From Clostridia bacterium (GTDB lineage Bacteria > Bacillota > Clostridia > TANB77 > CAG-508): a DNA stretch of 64,000 bases. Location of the stretch: assembly GCA_030539155.1 (NCBI GenBank), contig JAUNSP010000001.1, positions 1,470 through 65,469 of the forward strand, given 5' to 3'. Made by a program: the position numbers and the translations under genes. A model generated the notes under the pieces. The model was not told the DNA's origin and did no database searches. It worked only from the letters and a program-made list of their open reading frames with translations. Below are positions 1 to 8,848 of the stretch, piece by piece (the first letter of the stretch is position 1; every line of letters begins with the position of its first letter).

Positions 1-1495
1 TCCTTTTTGCAAGTGTTCCGTTCGCTTCTCCAACCAACTCAACTCCTGTTTTATTCCCTAGTCCTAAGTATGTTGCATATTTTTCTAACACATCAATTCC
101 CATTCTATACCCCATCTCGTAAAAGAAATAATTGCATGAATGTTTTATCGCGTTTGAAATATCAAGATATCCATGTCCTTTATGTTTAGATGTCCAAAGC
201 CAACATACTGGATTATATGAATGTGGGTAAACACCTTTGTCATTTACTTTTTCATTTATTCTAACATTTCCTGATTCTAAAGCCGCTATCGCTGTTGCCA
301 TTTTAAATGTAGAACCAGGTGCATACTCCCCTTGAATTGCCCTGTTATATAGAGGTCTTGCGCTGTTTTCATTATATTCATTCCATTTTTGACTGCTTAT
401 ACCATTTATGAAATCGTTCGGATTATAATTTGGAAAACTGGCCATTGCAAGAATTTCTCCTGTGTTTACATTCATTGCAACAACTGCCCCAGAATTCGTA
501 TCACTTCTTTCCCCAAAGGCTCCACTTGCGATTTTTTTAATATTATTTTCTAGAGCGTCTTCCGCAACTTTCTGTAAATTTGCATCAATTGTTAAAATTA
601 CATCAGATCCCTCATCAGCCTGATTAATAATTGACTCATTACTAACAGTTCCATCTACAGACATATCAATATGCTTTATACCGTTTTTTCCTTTTAAGTA
701 CTCTTCAAAAACATATTCAATCCCGCCTTTTCCTATTGTGTCGTTTCTGTCATATACTTCTTCTTTTCCTTCTAATTCTGATGAGCTAATTTGTCCTACA
801 TAACCCAATATATGTGAGGCAAAATTGTTTTGTGTATACTTTCTAACTGGGGATACAACCACCGTTATTCCAGGGAAATCAATATTTTGTTCATTAAATT
901 GTAAAGCACTTGTTCTACTAATATTTTTTGCAATTCTTACCGCTTTCGTAAGACTATAACCATTTTTTTCTATTTCATATCTTAACCCCATTATTTTTCT
1001 TGTTTCAATAATATCTTCATTTTGTATTTTATACCTCTGTTTTAAATATTCAAAAACTTCCTGGGCTGTCTCTCCTTTTATTTTATTGCTCTGTTTCCAT
1101 TTAATTTGTTCCTCCTCCGAAACAGAAAATTCTACTACATTCGCCTTTATGGGTAAAGAATCATTATATGTATCCCCATTTTGTTCTAATATGTTGATAA
1201 CTTTAAGTAACGTTTTATTTAATACTTCTGTCTCTATCTTACTTTTGTATAATTCTAAATTATATGTTTCAGTAATCGTTGCAATTTTATTCCCTATTCT
1301 ATCTAATATACTTCCCCTTGCCGCTTCGACAGTACTTTCTCTTGTTAGTTTTGTGTTTGATTGCTGTCTGTATTCTTTACCATTTACAATTTGAAGATTA
1401 AAAAGTCTCACAATTAAAACAATACCTATTATATACACAATAGTAGAGATTATATTATATCTAATTGCTTGCCCTGAATTCCTTTGACTTTCCAT
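1..1495 (-). CDS. mrdA: penicillin-binding protein 2 / peptidoglycan D,D-transpeptidase, partial (C-terminus beyond window start)
   Basis: Hand translation of the minus strand from ATG at 1495 gives MESQRNSGQAIRYNIISTIVYIIGIVLIVRLFNLQIVNGKEYRQQSNTKLTRESTVEAARG... The frame stays open to position 1 and contains the SxxK transpeptidase motif (STFKMATAIAAL). It lies directly after mreD on the same strand, as in mreBCD-mrdA clusters. It is absent from the ORF track because it is edge-truncated. Confidence 0.75.
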   Translation of the reverse strand, partial: MESQRNSGQAIRYNIISTIVYIIGIVLIVRLFNLQIVNGKEYRQQSNTKLTRESTVEAARGSILDRIGNKIATITETYNLELYKSKIETEVLNKTLLKVINILEQNGDTYNDSLPIKANVVEFSVSEEEQIKWKQSNKIKGETAQEVFEYLKQRYKIQNEDIIETRKIMGLRYEIEKNGYSLTKAVRIAKNISRTSALQFNEQNIDFPGITVVVSPVRKYTQNNFASHILGYVGQISSSELEGKEEVYDRNDTIGKGGIEYVFEEYLKGKNGIKHIDMSVDGTVSNESIINQADEGSDVILTIDANLQKVAEDALENNIKKIASGAFGERSDTNSGAVVAMNVNTGEILAMASFPNYNPNDFINGISSQKWNEYNENSARPLYNRAIQGEYAPGSTFKMATAIAALESGNVRINEKVNDKGVYPHSYNPVCWLWTSKHKGHGYLDISNAIKHSCNYFFYEMGYRMGIDVLEKYATYLGLGNKTGVELVGEANGTLAKR

Positions 1496-1506
1496 ATTTC
1501 ACCTTC

Positions 1507-2040
1507 TTAAAAATATCTTGTTAATACTTGTTTTGTTTTAAAACTATTTTCTAAATAATATCCACCTTTTTTTAACAATGGATAAAAAATAATTGTAATT
1601 ATTGAATTATATAAAACCTCTATACAAAGTATTTTTGCAAAACCACCTATTTCTACCATTATATTATTTGTAAAAATATCAAAAATATATTTTCCAATTT
1701 CATATATACACGTACTTCCTATCACCATCAAAATTATTGTTACTTTTATTTCTTTGTCAAAATTCTTATCAAAATATCCTCCTAAAAATCCTATTGCTAA
1801 AAACATTATCGCGGATATCCCTATTGTTTTATTTATAAAACAATCTAATATCATTCCTAACGTAAAACCAACAAAAGCTCCTACTTTTCTACCAGCGTAC
1901 AGTCCTATGAATAATACTAATATTACTAATAAATTAGGCTTTACTCCCGCTATCGTAAACCATTCAAAAAAATTTGATTGTAACAGAAAAATTAGTAGAA
2001 ATACTAAAATAATCAAAACTATGGATATAAATTTCTTCAT
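1507..2040 (-). CDS. mreD: rod shape-determining protein MreD (polytopic membrane protein)
   Basis: A 177-aa protein with multiple hydrophobic helices, directly downstream of mreC and upstream of PBP2, the canonical position and size for MreD. Confidence 0.7.
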   Translation of the reverse strand: MKKFISIVLIILVFLLIFLLQSNFFEWFTIAGVKPNLLVILVLFIGLYAGRKVGAFVGFTLGMILDCFINKTIGISAIMFLAIGFLGGYFDKNFDKEIKVTIILMVIGSTCIYEIGKYIFDIFTNNIMVEIGGFAKILCIEVLYNSIITIIFYPLLKKGGYYLENSFKTKQVLTRYF

Positions 2041-2066
2041 AACTATTTCCTTTCACTATAACTAAT

Positions 2067-2866
2067 CTATTTCTTTATAACAGCAACTGTTTCTAATTTT
2101 CTGAAATTTACGGCAGTTTCAACTAATGCATACCTATCAATAATATTATTTGTATTAATAACCTGTTTTATCTTCCCGATATATATACCTTTTGGATAAA
2201 CGCCACCTATTCCTGATGTCTCAACTCTATCCCCTTCAACTATGCTTGCATCTGTTGGAATGTATGTTGCTTTTAATTGACTATCCGCTTCTAACGTTCC
2301 CCTCACTATTATACTATCCTTTGTCGTACTTACTGTGCTAGTTACAACACTCGCCGTATCAGTTATAGTTTGAACCTTCGCAGTATTATCCGTAACTGAT
2401 ATAACATGTCCTACTAATCCCTCATCTGCAATTACTGTCATATTAACATCTATACCACTATCCTTACCTACATTTATCACTACTACATTTGTATAATTAC
2501 TAATATCCTTATTTATAATGTATGCAGGCACTATCTCGTACTCTGAATATTTTTCCTTGATATTTAAATATTCTTTTAAAGTTGCATTTTCTGCCTTTAT
2601 TATTTCTATCTCCCTTAAAGATTTCTCAATCTCACTTTTCTGATCCTTCAAAGACTCATTTTCTCTTTTCAATTTATCTATATCCTCAAAAAAACTACTA
2701 TTACCTACAACTTTATTTTTTAAGTATACTAGTCCATTTTGAACTGGCATTATTAATTTATTTGTAAAGTTTTCAAAGTATGATACATTTTCTTTTTCCT
2801 TATTTGAAACAATATTATTATTGTGATTATAATTCCTACTTTTCCAGCTCTATTTTTTCTTTGCAT
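2067..2866 (-). CDS. mreC: rod shape-determining protein MreC, with an apparent -1 frameshift in a T homopolymer near 2790-2800
   Basis: The tracked ORF 2067..2750 (MPVQNGLVYLKNKVVGNSSFFEDIDKLKRENESLKDQ..., coiled-coil N-region typical of MreC) lacks the N-terminal TM anchor. An upstream frame from ATG 2866, preceded by RBS AAGGGGGAAAG, encodes MQRKNRAGKVGIIITIIILF..., a basic tail plus TM helix. One extra T in the 'tgtttc' run would fuse it in frame to ...SNKEKENVSYFENFTNKLIMPVQNG... Confidence 0.7.
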
Positions 2867-2882
2867 CTATACTTTCCCCCTT

Positions 2883-3911
2883 TTACCTTCTCCTTGAATT
2901 TAATAACACATCTTTTAGTTTCTCAAGTTCATATAAAGTTTTTTCCGCCCCTTTTACAACACAATCTAGTGGACTTTCTGTAACATATACAGGCATTCCC
3001 GTCTGTATACTTATTAATTTATCTAAATTTGAAATTAATGCTCCTCCGCCTGCTAAAATTATTCCCTTTTCCACTATATCTGATGCTAGCTCTGGTGGTG
3101 TTTTTTCAAGTGTATTTTTTATTACTTCTATAATTTTAATTATTGATTCTTTCATAGCTGCCTCAATTTGTGTAGATGAAATAATTATATTCCTTGGCAA
3201 TCCAGATGTTAAATCCCTTCCTCTAATCTCCATTGTTGAATCCGTTACAAGCGGTAATGCACATCCTATCTGCATTTTTATTTGTTCTGCAGTTGTCTCC
3301 CCTATAGCTAAATTTAATTCCTTTTTTACATAGTTTATTATATCTTCCTCTAAATCGTCCCCTGCAATTTTTACTGAATTACTCACTACTATTCCGCCTA
3401 ATGAAATAACCGCAACTTCTGTCGTTCCTCCACCTATATCTACTATGATATTTCCACTTGGTTCAGCGACATCAAGGTTAGCTCCAATTGCAGCAGCCAT
3501 CGGTTCTTCAATTAAGAAAACTTCCCTTGCACCTGCTTGAAGTACAGCCTCCTCTACGGCTCTTTCTTCAACTTCTGTTATTCCTGAAGGAACTCCTACT
3601 ACTACCCTAGGTCTTTTTACAGCATATTTGTCGCATACCTTTCTCATCATATTCTTTAACATTAACTGTGTGGCTGTTAAGTCTGCTATTACTCCATCTT
3701 TTAGCGGTCTTACCGCTTTAATCTGTCCAGGTGTCCTGCCTAACATTTCCTTTGCCTCATGACCTGTGGCTAAAATACTTCTAGTCTTTACATCTATTGC
3801 AACGACAGATGGTTCCTTCAAAACAATTCCCTTGCCTTTTATCGCCACTAATGTGTTTGCTGTTCCTAAATCTATTCCTAAATCTTTTGTTACAATTGAA
3901 AATAATCCCAT
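2883..3911 (-). CDS. mreB: rod shape-determining actin-like protein MreB
   Basis: A 342-aa protein starting MGLFSIVTKDLGIDLGTANTLVAIKGKGIVLKEPSVVAID... with the actin-fold phosphate-1 motif DLGTANT and MreB-like length, in gene order with mreC and mreD. Confidence 0.9.
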   Translation of the reverse strand: MGLFSIVTKDLGIDLGTANTLVAIKGKGIVLKEPSVVAIDVKTRSILATGHEAKEMLGRTPGQIKAVRPLKDGVIADLTATQLMLKNMMRKVCDKYAVKRPRVVVGVPSGITEVEERAVEEAVLQAGAREVFLIEEPMAAAIGANLDVAEPSGNIIVDIGGGTTEVAVISLGGIVVSNSVKIAGDDLEEDIINYVKKELNLAIGETTAEQIKMQIGCALPLVTDSTMEIRGRDLTSGLPRNIIISSTQIEAAMKESIIKIIEVIKNTLEKTPPELASDIVEKGIILAGGGALISNLDKLISIQTGMPVYVTESPLDCVVKGAEKTLYELEKLKDVLLNSRRR

Positions 3912-3938
3912 TTTTAAAACCTTCCTTTAATCCTTTTT

Positions 3939-4637
3939 TTAGTCCATCATTAGTTTTTTCATAACACTTTCGAATTTACCATCTCCAATTATCACATGGT
4001 CTAACAATTCTATTCCCATTATCTTCGCTGCATCCAATAATTTTTTTGTGAATTCAAAATCACTATTACTAGGTGTTGGGTCTCCGCTTGGATGATTGTG
4101 TACTAAAATCATCCTTGGTGCACCCCATTTCACGGGTTCCATTAAAACATCCTTTGGATGTATAACTATTTTACTATTCCCTCCCCAAGCTATGTTTATT
4201 ATTTTTATAACTTTATTTTTGGTATTTAATAACACTAACTTTAAAAATTCTCTTCTCTCATATCTAAGTTCTTCCATAAATAATTCTGCAACACTTTTGG
4301 GTCCTGTGATTTTTAGATTCATATCATTTATAGGTTTTGACATTCGCCTTGCAAGTTCACATATAGCTTTTAGCTGTATCGCCTTTACCCTGCCTATTCC
4401 CTTAATTTTCATAAACTCTTGTATTGTTACGTCTTGCAAAAATCTTAAGGAATCTTCTTTTTCTAACGGTTTTATTGATAATATTTTTTGTGCTAGAGAT
4501 ATCGAGTTTTCTTCCTTTGTTCCATTCTTTATCACTATTGCTAGTAATTCTGAATCTGACAAACTTGCCTCTCCATACATTTCCAATTTTTCATATGGTC
4601 TTTCAAATGCTGGAAGCATTTTCATTTTTATTGACAT
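3939..4637 (-). CDS. radC: RadC-family JAMM/MPN+ domain protein
   Basis: A 232-aa protein with N-terminal ...ERPYEKLEMYGEASLSDSELLAIVIKNG, a HhH-like region and the C-terminal JAMM motif HNHPSGDPTPSNSD. It sits upstream of mreB as in many Firmicutes. Confidence 0.85.
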   Translation of the reverse strand: MSIKMKMLPAFERPYEKLEMYGEASLSDSELLAIVIKNGTKEENSISLAQKILSIKPLEKEDSLRFLQDVTIQEFMKIKGIGRVKAIQLKAICELARRMSKPINDMNLKITGPKSVAELFMEELRYERREFLKLVLLNTKNKVIKIINIAWGGNSKIVIHPKDVLMEPVKWGAPRMILVHNHPSGDPTPSNSDFEFTKKLLDAAKIMGIELLDHVIIGDGKFESVMKKLMMD

Positions 4638-4836
4638 TTAATCATCCCTTCTTTTTGTAATTAAATGCCCCTATTTTTTTAGATTATGCTATATATTAAT
4701 TTTAAAAAAGAATAACTCTCTCCTAAACGTTACAAGGTTAACACAGTTTCTCTTTATATCACAAAATATCCATGTGTTTATAATATGTTGCATTTTTTTG
4801 GTAAAACCCTTGTCCCAATAACACCTAAGTAACTTT

Positions 4837-5094
4837 TTATAGTTTCTTGTATAATGCCATTGCTATTATTGCCCCTACAATACTAGCAATATTTATTTTT
4901 ACAATTAAGGAAAATGTTAGTCTTAATATATTTAAATCTATAGAAACTGGATGTGAAAATCCAAATTGTTTTCCGTAACCTAACCACCATAGACTATCTA
5001 TCTCAGATGTAATCTCCCCTAAGATTCCACCTATTACTAACCCACCTAATATAAAAAGAATTAATATCCAATTATTCTTTTTTCTTCTTGCCAT
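4837..5094 (-). CDS. small membrane protein (2 TM), hypothetical
   Basis: An 85-aa ORF starting MARRKKNNWILILFILGGLVIGGILG... with two hydrophobic segments, positioned upstream of radC. Confidence 0.5.
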   Translation of the reverse strand: MARRKKNNWILILFILGGLVIGGILGEITSEIDSLWWLGYGKQFGFSHPVSIDLNILRLTFSLIVKINIASIVGAIIAMALYKKL

Positions 5095-5436
5095 TTGTAT
5101 TCCTCCTTTTATTCTACAAGTGCAGAAAATTATTCTCTTGCGTTCGATTCCTTCATATTATATATGTTTTTTACATTTTTTTCAAGTAATTTAAAGAAAT
5201 TTCCCATTTTTTCTTTTATTTTTTTCAATTTTGTGTTATATTTAATAGTACTTTTTAATAGTTTCTATAATATAATGTATAAACGTATGATATTGAAGTG
5301 TAATTTTAGATATTTTTTATACTATCGGGAATTTCTAATTTCCTATAATGGTAAAATTTATTCATTTAATTTTTATATAAATAATAGTATAATATTAATA
5401 GAGACTATGATATATTTTAGACTGGAGGTCACTTGA

Positions 5437-6105
5437 ATGAAATTTGAAAAACTAAGCGAAAATAAAATTCGTATTATTTTAACACAAAATGATTTAACAC
5501 AAAAAAATGTAAATGCCCACTCATTTATGGCTAATGCTATCGAATCTCAGGATTTGTTTCTATTTGCATTAGAAAGGGCAGAAAAAGAACTCGGATTTAG
5601 TACAAAAAATTGTAAGGTAAAAATAGAGGCCTTGGCCATGAATACTGGCGATTTCGTTCTTACAGTCACTAAAGTTCTTCCATCAACTGAGAAATCAAGT
5701 ATTTTACAACCTCCTAATAACTCTTTACCTACATTGCATCCTTACAGAAAAAACCTTCATATTGCAAGAAAAAAAATTAATATTAATACCTCAAATTGTG
5801 TTTATAAATTTAATTGTTTTAATGATTTTTGTGATTTTGCCAACATTTATTCTGCCCAAGTCCCAAAATCAAATCAATTAATTGCAAAAGAAATTGTTTT
5901 ATACTCATACAACAATTTGTACTACCTTACTTTTATTAATATTAACCAGAATTATAAATACTTAAAAAGATTATTAATTTTGTTAGTGGAGTTTTCAAGT
6001 TCCGTGAATAATCCTAACTCGTTTATCTATAAATTACAAGAATACGGAGATGTCACTTTTAAACATAATGTTTTAAATACAGTTCAGAAACACTTTACAC
6101 AATAA
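5437..6105 (+). CDS. mecA: adaptor protein MecA (ClpC adaptor)
   Basis: A 222-aa protein whose start MKFEKLSENKIRIILTQNDL and C-terminus ...LYSYNNLYYLTFIN...LQEYGDVTFKHNVLNTVQKHFTQ parallel B. subtilis MecA (...LYSFENRYYLYVDF...LEEYGKLIISEHALETIKKHFAS). A GGAGG RBS lies upstream. Confidence 0.75.
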   Translation: MKFEKLSENKIRIILTQNDLTQKNVNAHSFMANAIESQDLFLFALERAEKELGFSTKNCKVKIEALAMNTGDFVLTVTKVLPSTEKSSILQPPNNSLPTLHPYRKNLHIARKKININTSNCVYKFNCFNDFCDFANIYSAQVPKSNQLIAKEIVLYSYNNLYYLTFININQNYKYLKRLLILLVEFSSSVNNPNSFIYKLQEYGDVTFKHNVLNTVQKHFTQ

Positions 6106-6313
6106 TATTTCTATATAACATTAAGGGATAACTTTCCTATTATGGAACAAAAGTGGCATGATTAATACTCTTTAAACTTTTAAAATTCTCTCCATGCCAC
6201 ATCCTTGTTCATGCGCCAAAATTTTTTTAAATTTTTGTGTGCATTAATTTAGGGCGAAGCCCTTTTTATATAATAGGGAAGGATAACTTTCCTATTATAT
6301 AAAAAATACTAGA

Positions 6314-6355
6314 ACGTAAAGATTTTAAATCTCTACCTTCTAGTATTTTTTACAA
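6314..6355. terminator. bidirectional rho-independent terminator between mecA and the M23 peptidase gene
   Basis: The hairpin actagaacgtaaagattttaaatctctaccttctagt has T-runs on both sides (tatttttt on plus, aaaaaatact on minus). Confidence 0.6.
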
Positions 6356-6366
6356 TTTCTTTTTAT

Positions 6367-6987
6367 TTAATATACATAATTTTGTGGGTTTTGTGCAACT
6401 CCATTAACTCTAACCTCAAAATGTAAGTGATTTCCTGTTGACCTACCTGTAGATCCTACAGTTGCTATACAAGTTCCTTGTGATACACTTGAGCCGGCTG
6501 AAAATAATAGTTTAGTGCAATGTGCATACACGGTTTCTACCCCACTACCATGAGATACTACTATTTTATTACCGTAGGCTCCATCATATCCTGCAAATGT
6601 AACCGTTCCCGAAGCTGCTGCCTTTATTGAAGTCCCCCTTGGAGCCCCTATGTCAATCCCCGTATGATAATTTCTTGAACGAATTCCAAACCTTGATGTA
6701 ATTACCCCAGATGTGGGATTTATTAAACCTACACTGATTTCAACTTTTGAAGTAGGTGAATTTTTTCCCCTTAAAACACTATTTTTTCCCGTTGTTCTAG
6801 CTTTATTAGTTGAAGCATTGTTTTTCTGTGTTTTAGTTGTTTTTTGCTGATACAAGCTTGATACACACTTTTCTACACTAGAAAATTCTTTTTGAGATAT
6901 ATCATACTTTTCTATAATTGCAATTTGTTCTTTATTTTGACTATCTTTGTCTTTTAATTGACTAACTACACTTTCAGCTTCTTCCAA
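6367..6987 (-). CDS. M23 family metallopeptidase (LytM domain)
   Basis: A 206-aa protein with M23 motifs HTGIDIGAPRGTSIKAAASGTV (HxxxD) and GNHLHFEV (HxH). The N-terminus is coiled-coil-like with no signal peptide visible. Confidence 0.8.
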   Translation of the reverse strand: MEEAESVVSQLKDKDSQNKEQIAIIEKYDISQKEFSSVEKCVSSLYQQKTTKTQKNNASTNKARTTGKNSVLRGKNSPTSKVEISVGLINPTSGVITSRFGIRSRNYHTGIDIGAPRGTSIKAAASGTVTFAGYDGAYGNKIVVSHGSGVETVYAHCTKLLFSAGSSVSQGTCIATVGSTGRSTGNHLHFEVRVNGVAQNPQNYVY

Positions 6988-7051
6988 CGTTGCTACAAAT
7001 AGATTTTCTTCACCATTATTTGTTATTGCATAATACTTATAATATGTCTGA

Positions 7052-7384
7052 CTATCTCCGAGTTATTTTATTAAATATCTCGTCATCACTTGTAACAATA
7101 TCTTTTTTTAATAGACATAATTTATATTCTGGTAAATTTTCAATTTGGATAAAAGCTACATTTTGTCCCTCTCCATCTATATATTTGTTTATTCTGGACT
7201 GCAAATTTCTCTTACTTTCTATATACCCTAAAAATTCATCATCTACAGAAACTTTATAAATTGGTTTATATGTCATACTCAATATTCCCACTATTAATAA
7301 TAATGCTACTGCAAAAATCACTATAAACTTTATTGACGCCCTAACTGATATCAACACCTTTTTTATAATATTAATTTTAAACAA
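7052..7384 (-). CDS. hypothetical membrane-anchored protein
   Basis: A 110-aa ORF with an N-terminal TM helix (FIVIFAVALLLIVGILSM), upstream of the M23 peptidase gene. Confidence 0.5.
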   Translation of the reverse strand: MFKINIIKKVLISVRASIKFIVIFAVALLLIVGILSMTYKPIYKVSVDDEFLGYIESKRNLQSRINKYIDGEGQNVAFIQIENLPEYKLCLLKKDIVTSDDEIFNKITRR

Positions 7385-7406
7385 CCCCTTTTACTATTTA
7401 AAAATA

Positions 7407-8240
7407 TTATCTCTCACTTGATACTTTTTCTCTATCCGTTTGTTCTACTATATTATCCTCTTGTGTATTTTTATCACTCTGTTTGGTTCTCTTTAATAAA
7501 TTTTCTTGTTTCTCCTTCCTCTGTTGTACCATTAAGTTTTCTCTATATATTGCACTTTTTCCATCTTGATGTTTTCTTTCCTCGGAAATTTGACTCATTA
7601 CCTTTTCATTATATTCTTCTTGTTTTCCAGCAGTAAGAGCCTTATTTGAGTTAAACTTTAATAATAATTTCTCAAATATATTATATTTTGCACCCTTTAC
7701 TACTACTCCTGGTATCTTGGCATCCTTTTTTGCGAATTTATTTATAACTTTAAATGTTTTCTTATCCAAATTATTTTTTTCTAGATTATGTTCTATTCTA
7801 AATGGTAACTCTTTCTTCATTGTTATTCCCAAGAAGTAATCTTTCATCAATTCTTCATCGTTTAAATATTTTAACCCAAAAGCAATTGCTGGATTAATAT
7901 CTCTTTTTATTTTCCTTAAATCCGCCTTATCAAAACCTATCTGTCTGGCCCTTTCTATCAACTCTTTGTTAATAACTTTTGTATTCTTTACAACCAAAGG
8001 TAAATTCCATTTATCTTTCTCATTTTCCCCGAATAAATATGCGTATTCATCCTTCCCTGAAATTAGTATCTTATCCACCTTTTTTTGTACTTTTTCGTCT
8101 TTCATTTCTAAATCATAAGACTGATATTTAGGAACATATTGTTTTTTATCCTCCTCTATATCCTCCTCTTGTTCTATTTCAAAATCAATACCGCTTAATA
8201 TTTTCCTGTTTTTCCGTATCCTCCGTACTACTTTTCTCAC
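7407..8240 (-). CDS. hypothetical K/E-rich protein; true start probably internal, downstream of the 8185 overlap
   Basis: A 277-aa ORF with highly charged low-complexity composition. It overlaps the preceding ORF by 56 nt, so the start was likely over-extended by the ORF caller. Confidence 0.45.
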   Translation of the reverse strand: MRKVVRRIRKNRKILSGIDFEIEQEEDIEEDKKQYVPKYQSYDLEMKDEKVQKKVDKILISGKDEYAYLFGENEKDKWNLPLVVKNTKVINKELIERARQIGFDKADLRKIKRDINPAIAFGLKYLNDEELMKDYFLGITMKKELPFRIEHNLEKNNLDKKTFKVINKFAKKDAKIPGVVVKGAKYNIFEKLLLKFNSNKALTAGKQEEYNEKVMSQISEERKHQDGKSAIYRENLMVQQRKEKQENLLKRTKQSDKNTQEDNIVEQTDREKVSSER

Positions 8241-8790
8241 TTTCCCTAGTATATTGTAATAATCTTGTTGTATCTACAGTCTTCATGTTTAAATCAATTA
8301 TATCTGATATCATTTCATCTATCTTTTCTTCCTGTTTCCTAATTTTATCTTCTTTTTTTTCATATAATTCTTTTAAAGTTACTTTGTTTTGATTAAACTC
8401 CTTCTCCCATTCATTCTTATTGTCAAGAAGAACATAGTACGAATCTACCCTAGCCTCTCCTTTACTAATAGAATCTCGGTACTTTTCTTCATATGTTTTC
8501 AATGTTTTAGATACACTATCTATTTGCCTTGACAACCTTTCCTGTTCCTTCTCAATTTTATTTAACTCTTCATCTTGTTCCATCTCAGCAGAAGAAATAT
8601 TAGTTTTTTTACTCTCTAATTCCGCAATAATAACCTCTTTTTTTTCAGCAACTCCAACTATTCTATTATTTATAAGATTCTCCTCTGATATATTTCCGTC
8701 TACACTATTAGTCATTCTATCGTTAGTTATCTGTCTTATTTGTTTAATTTCAGTTATCAAATACTGAATCTCTTTTCTTATTTTATCCAT
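8185..8790 (-). CDS. hypothetical coiled-coil protein
   Basis: A 201-aa ORF with heptad-like charged sequence (EIKQIRQITNDR...LESKKTNISSAEMEQDEELNKIEKEQERLSRQ). Confidence 0.45.
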   Translation of the reverse strand: MDKIRKEIQYLITEIKQIRQITNDRMTNSVDGNISEENLINNRIVGVAEKKEVIIAELESKKTNISSAEMEQDEELNKIEKEQERLSRQIDSVSKTLKTYEEKYRDSISKGEARVDSYYVLLDNKNEWEKEFNQNKVTLKELYEKKEDKIRKQEEKIDEMISDIIDLNMKTVDTTRLLQYTRESEKSSTEDTEKQENIKRY

Positions 8791-8848
8791 AACATATCTC
8801 CTTTTAATCTTCCGAATATTCTACAAATTCATTGTATCATACCTAATT

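Noticed and set aside
1086-2065. Plus-strand ORFs (1086..1394, 1754..2065) inside the PBP2 and mreD regions
   Set aside because: They are low-complexity shadow ORFs antisense to well-supported genes in AT-rich DNA. They have no RBS or homology signal.
4096-4660. Plus-strand ORFs 4096..4641 and 4424..4660 overlapping radC
   Set aside because: They are antisense to a gene with a clear JAMM motif, and their I/F/L-rich composition is typical of antisense frames.
5095-5436. 113-aa ORF upstream of mecA
   Set aside because: It is an extremely F/Y/I/N-rich low-complexity translation of the AT-rich mecA promoter/leader region with no RBS, so it is most likely non-coding.
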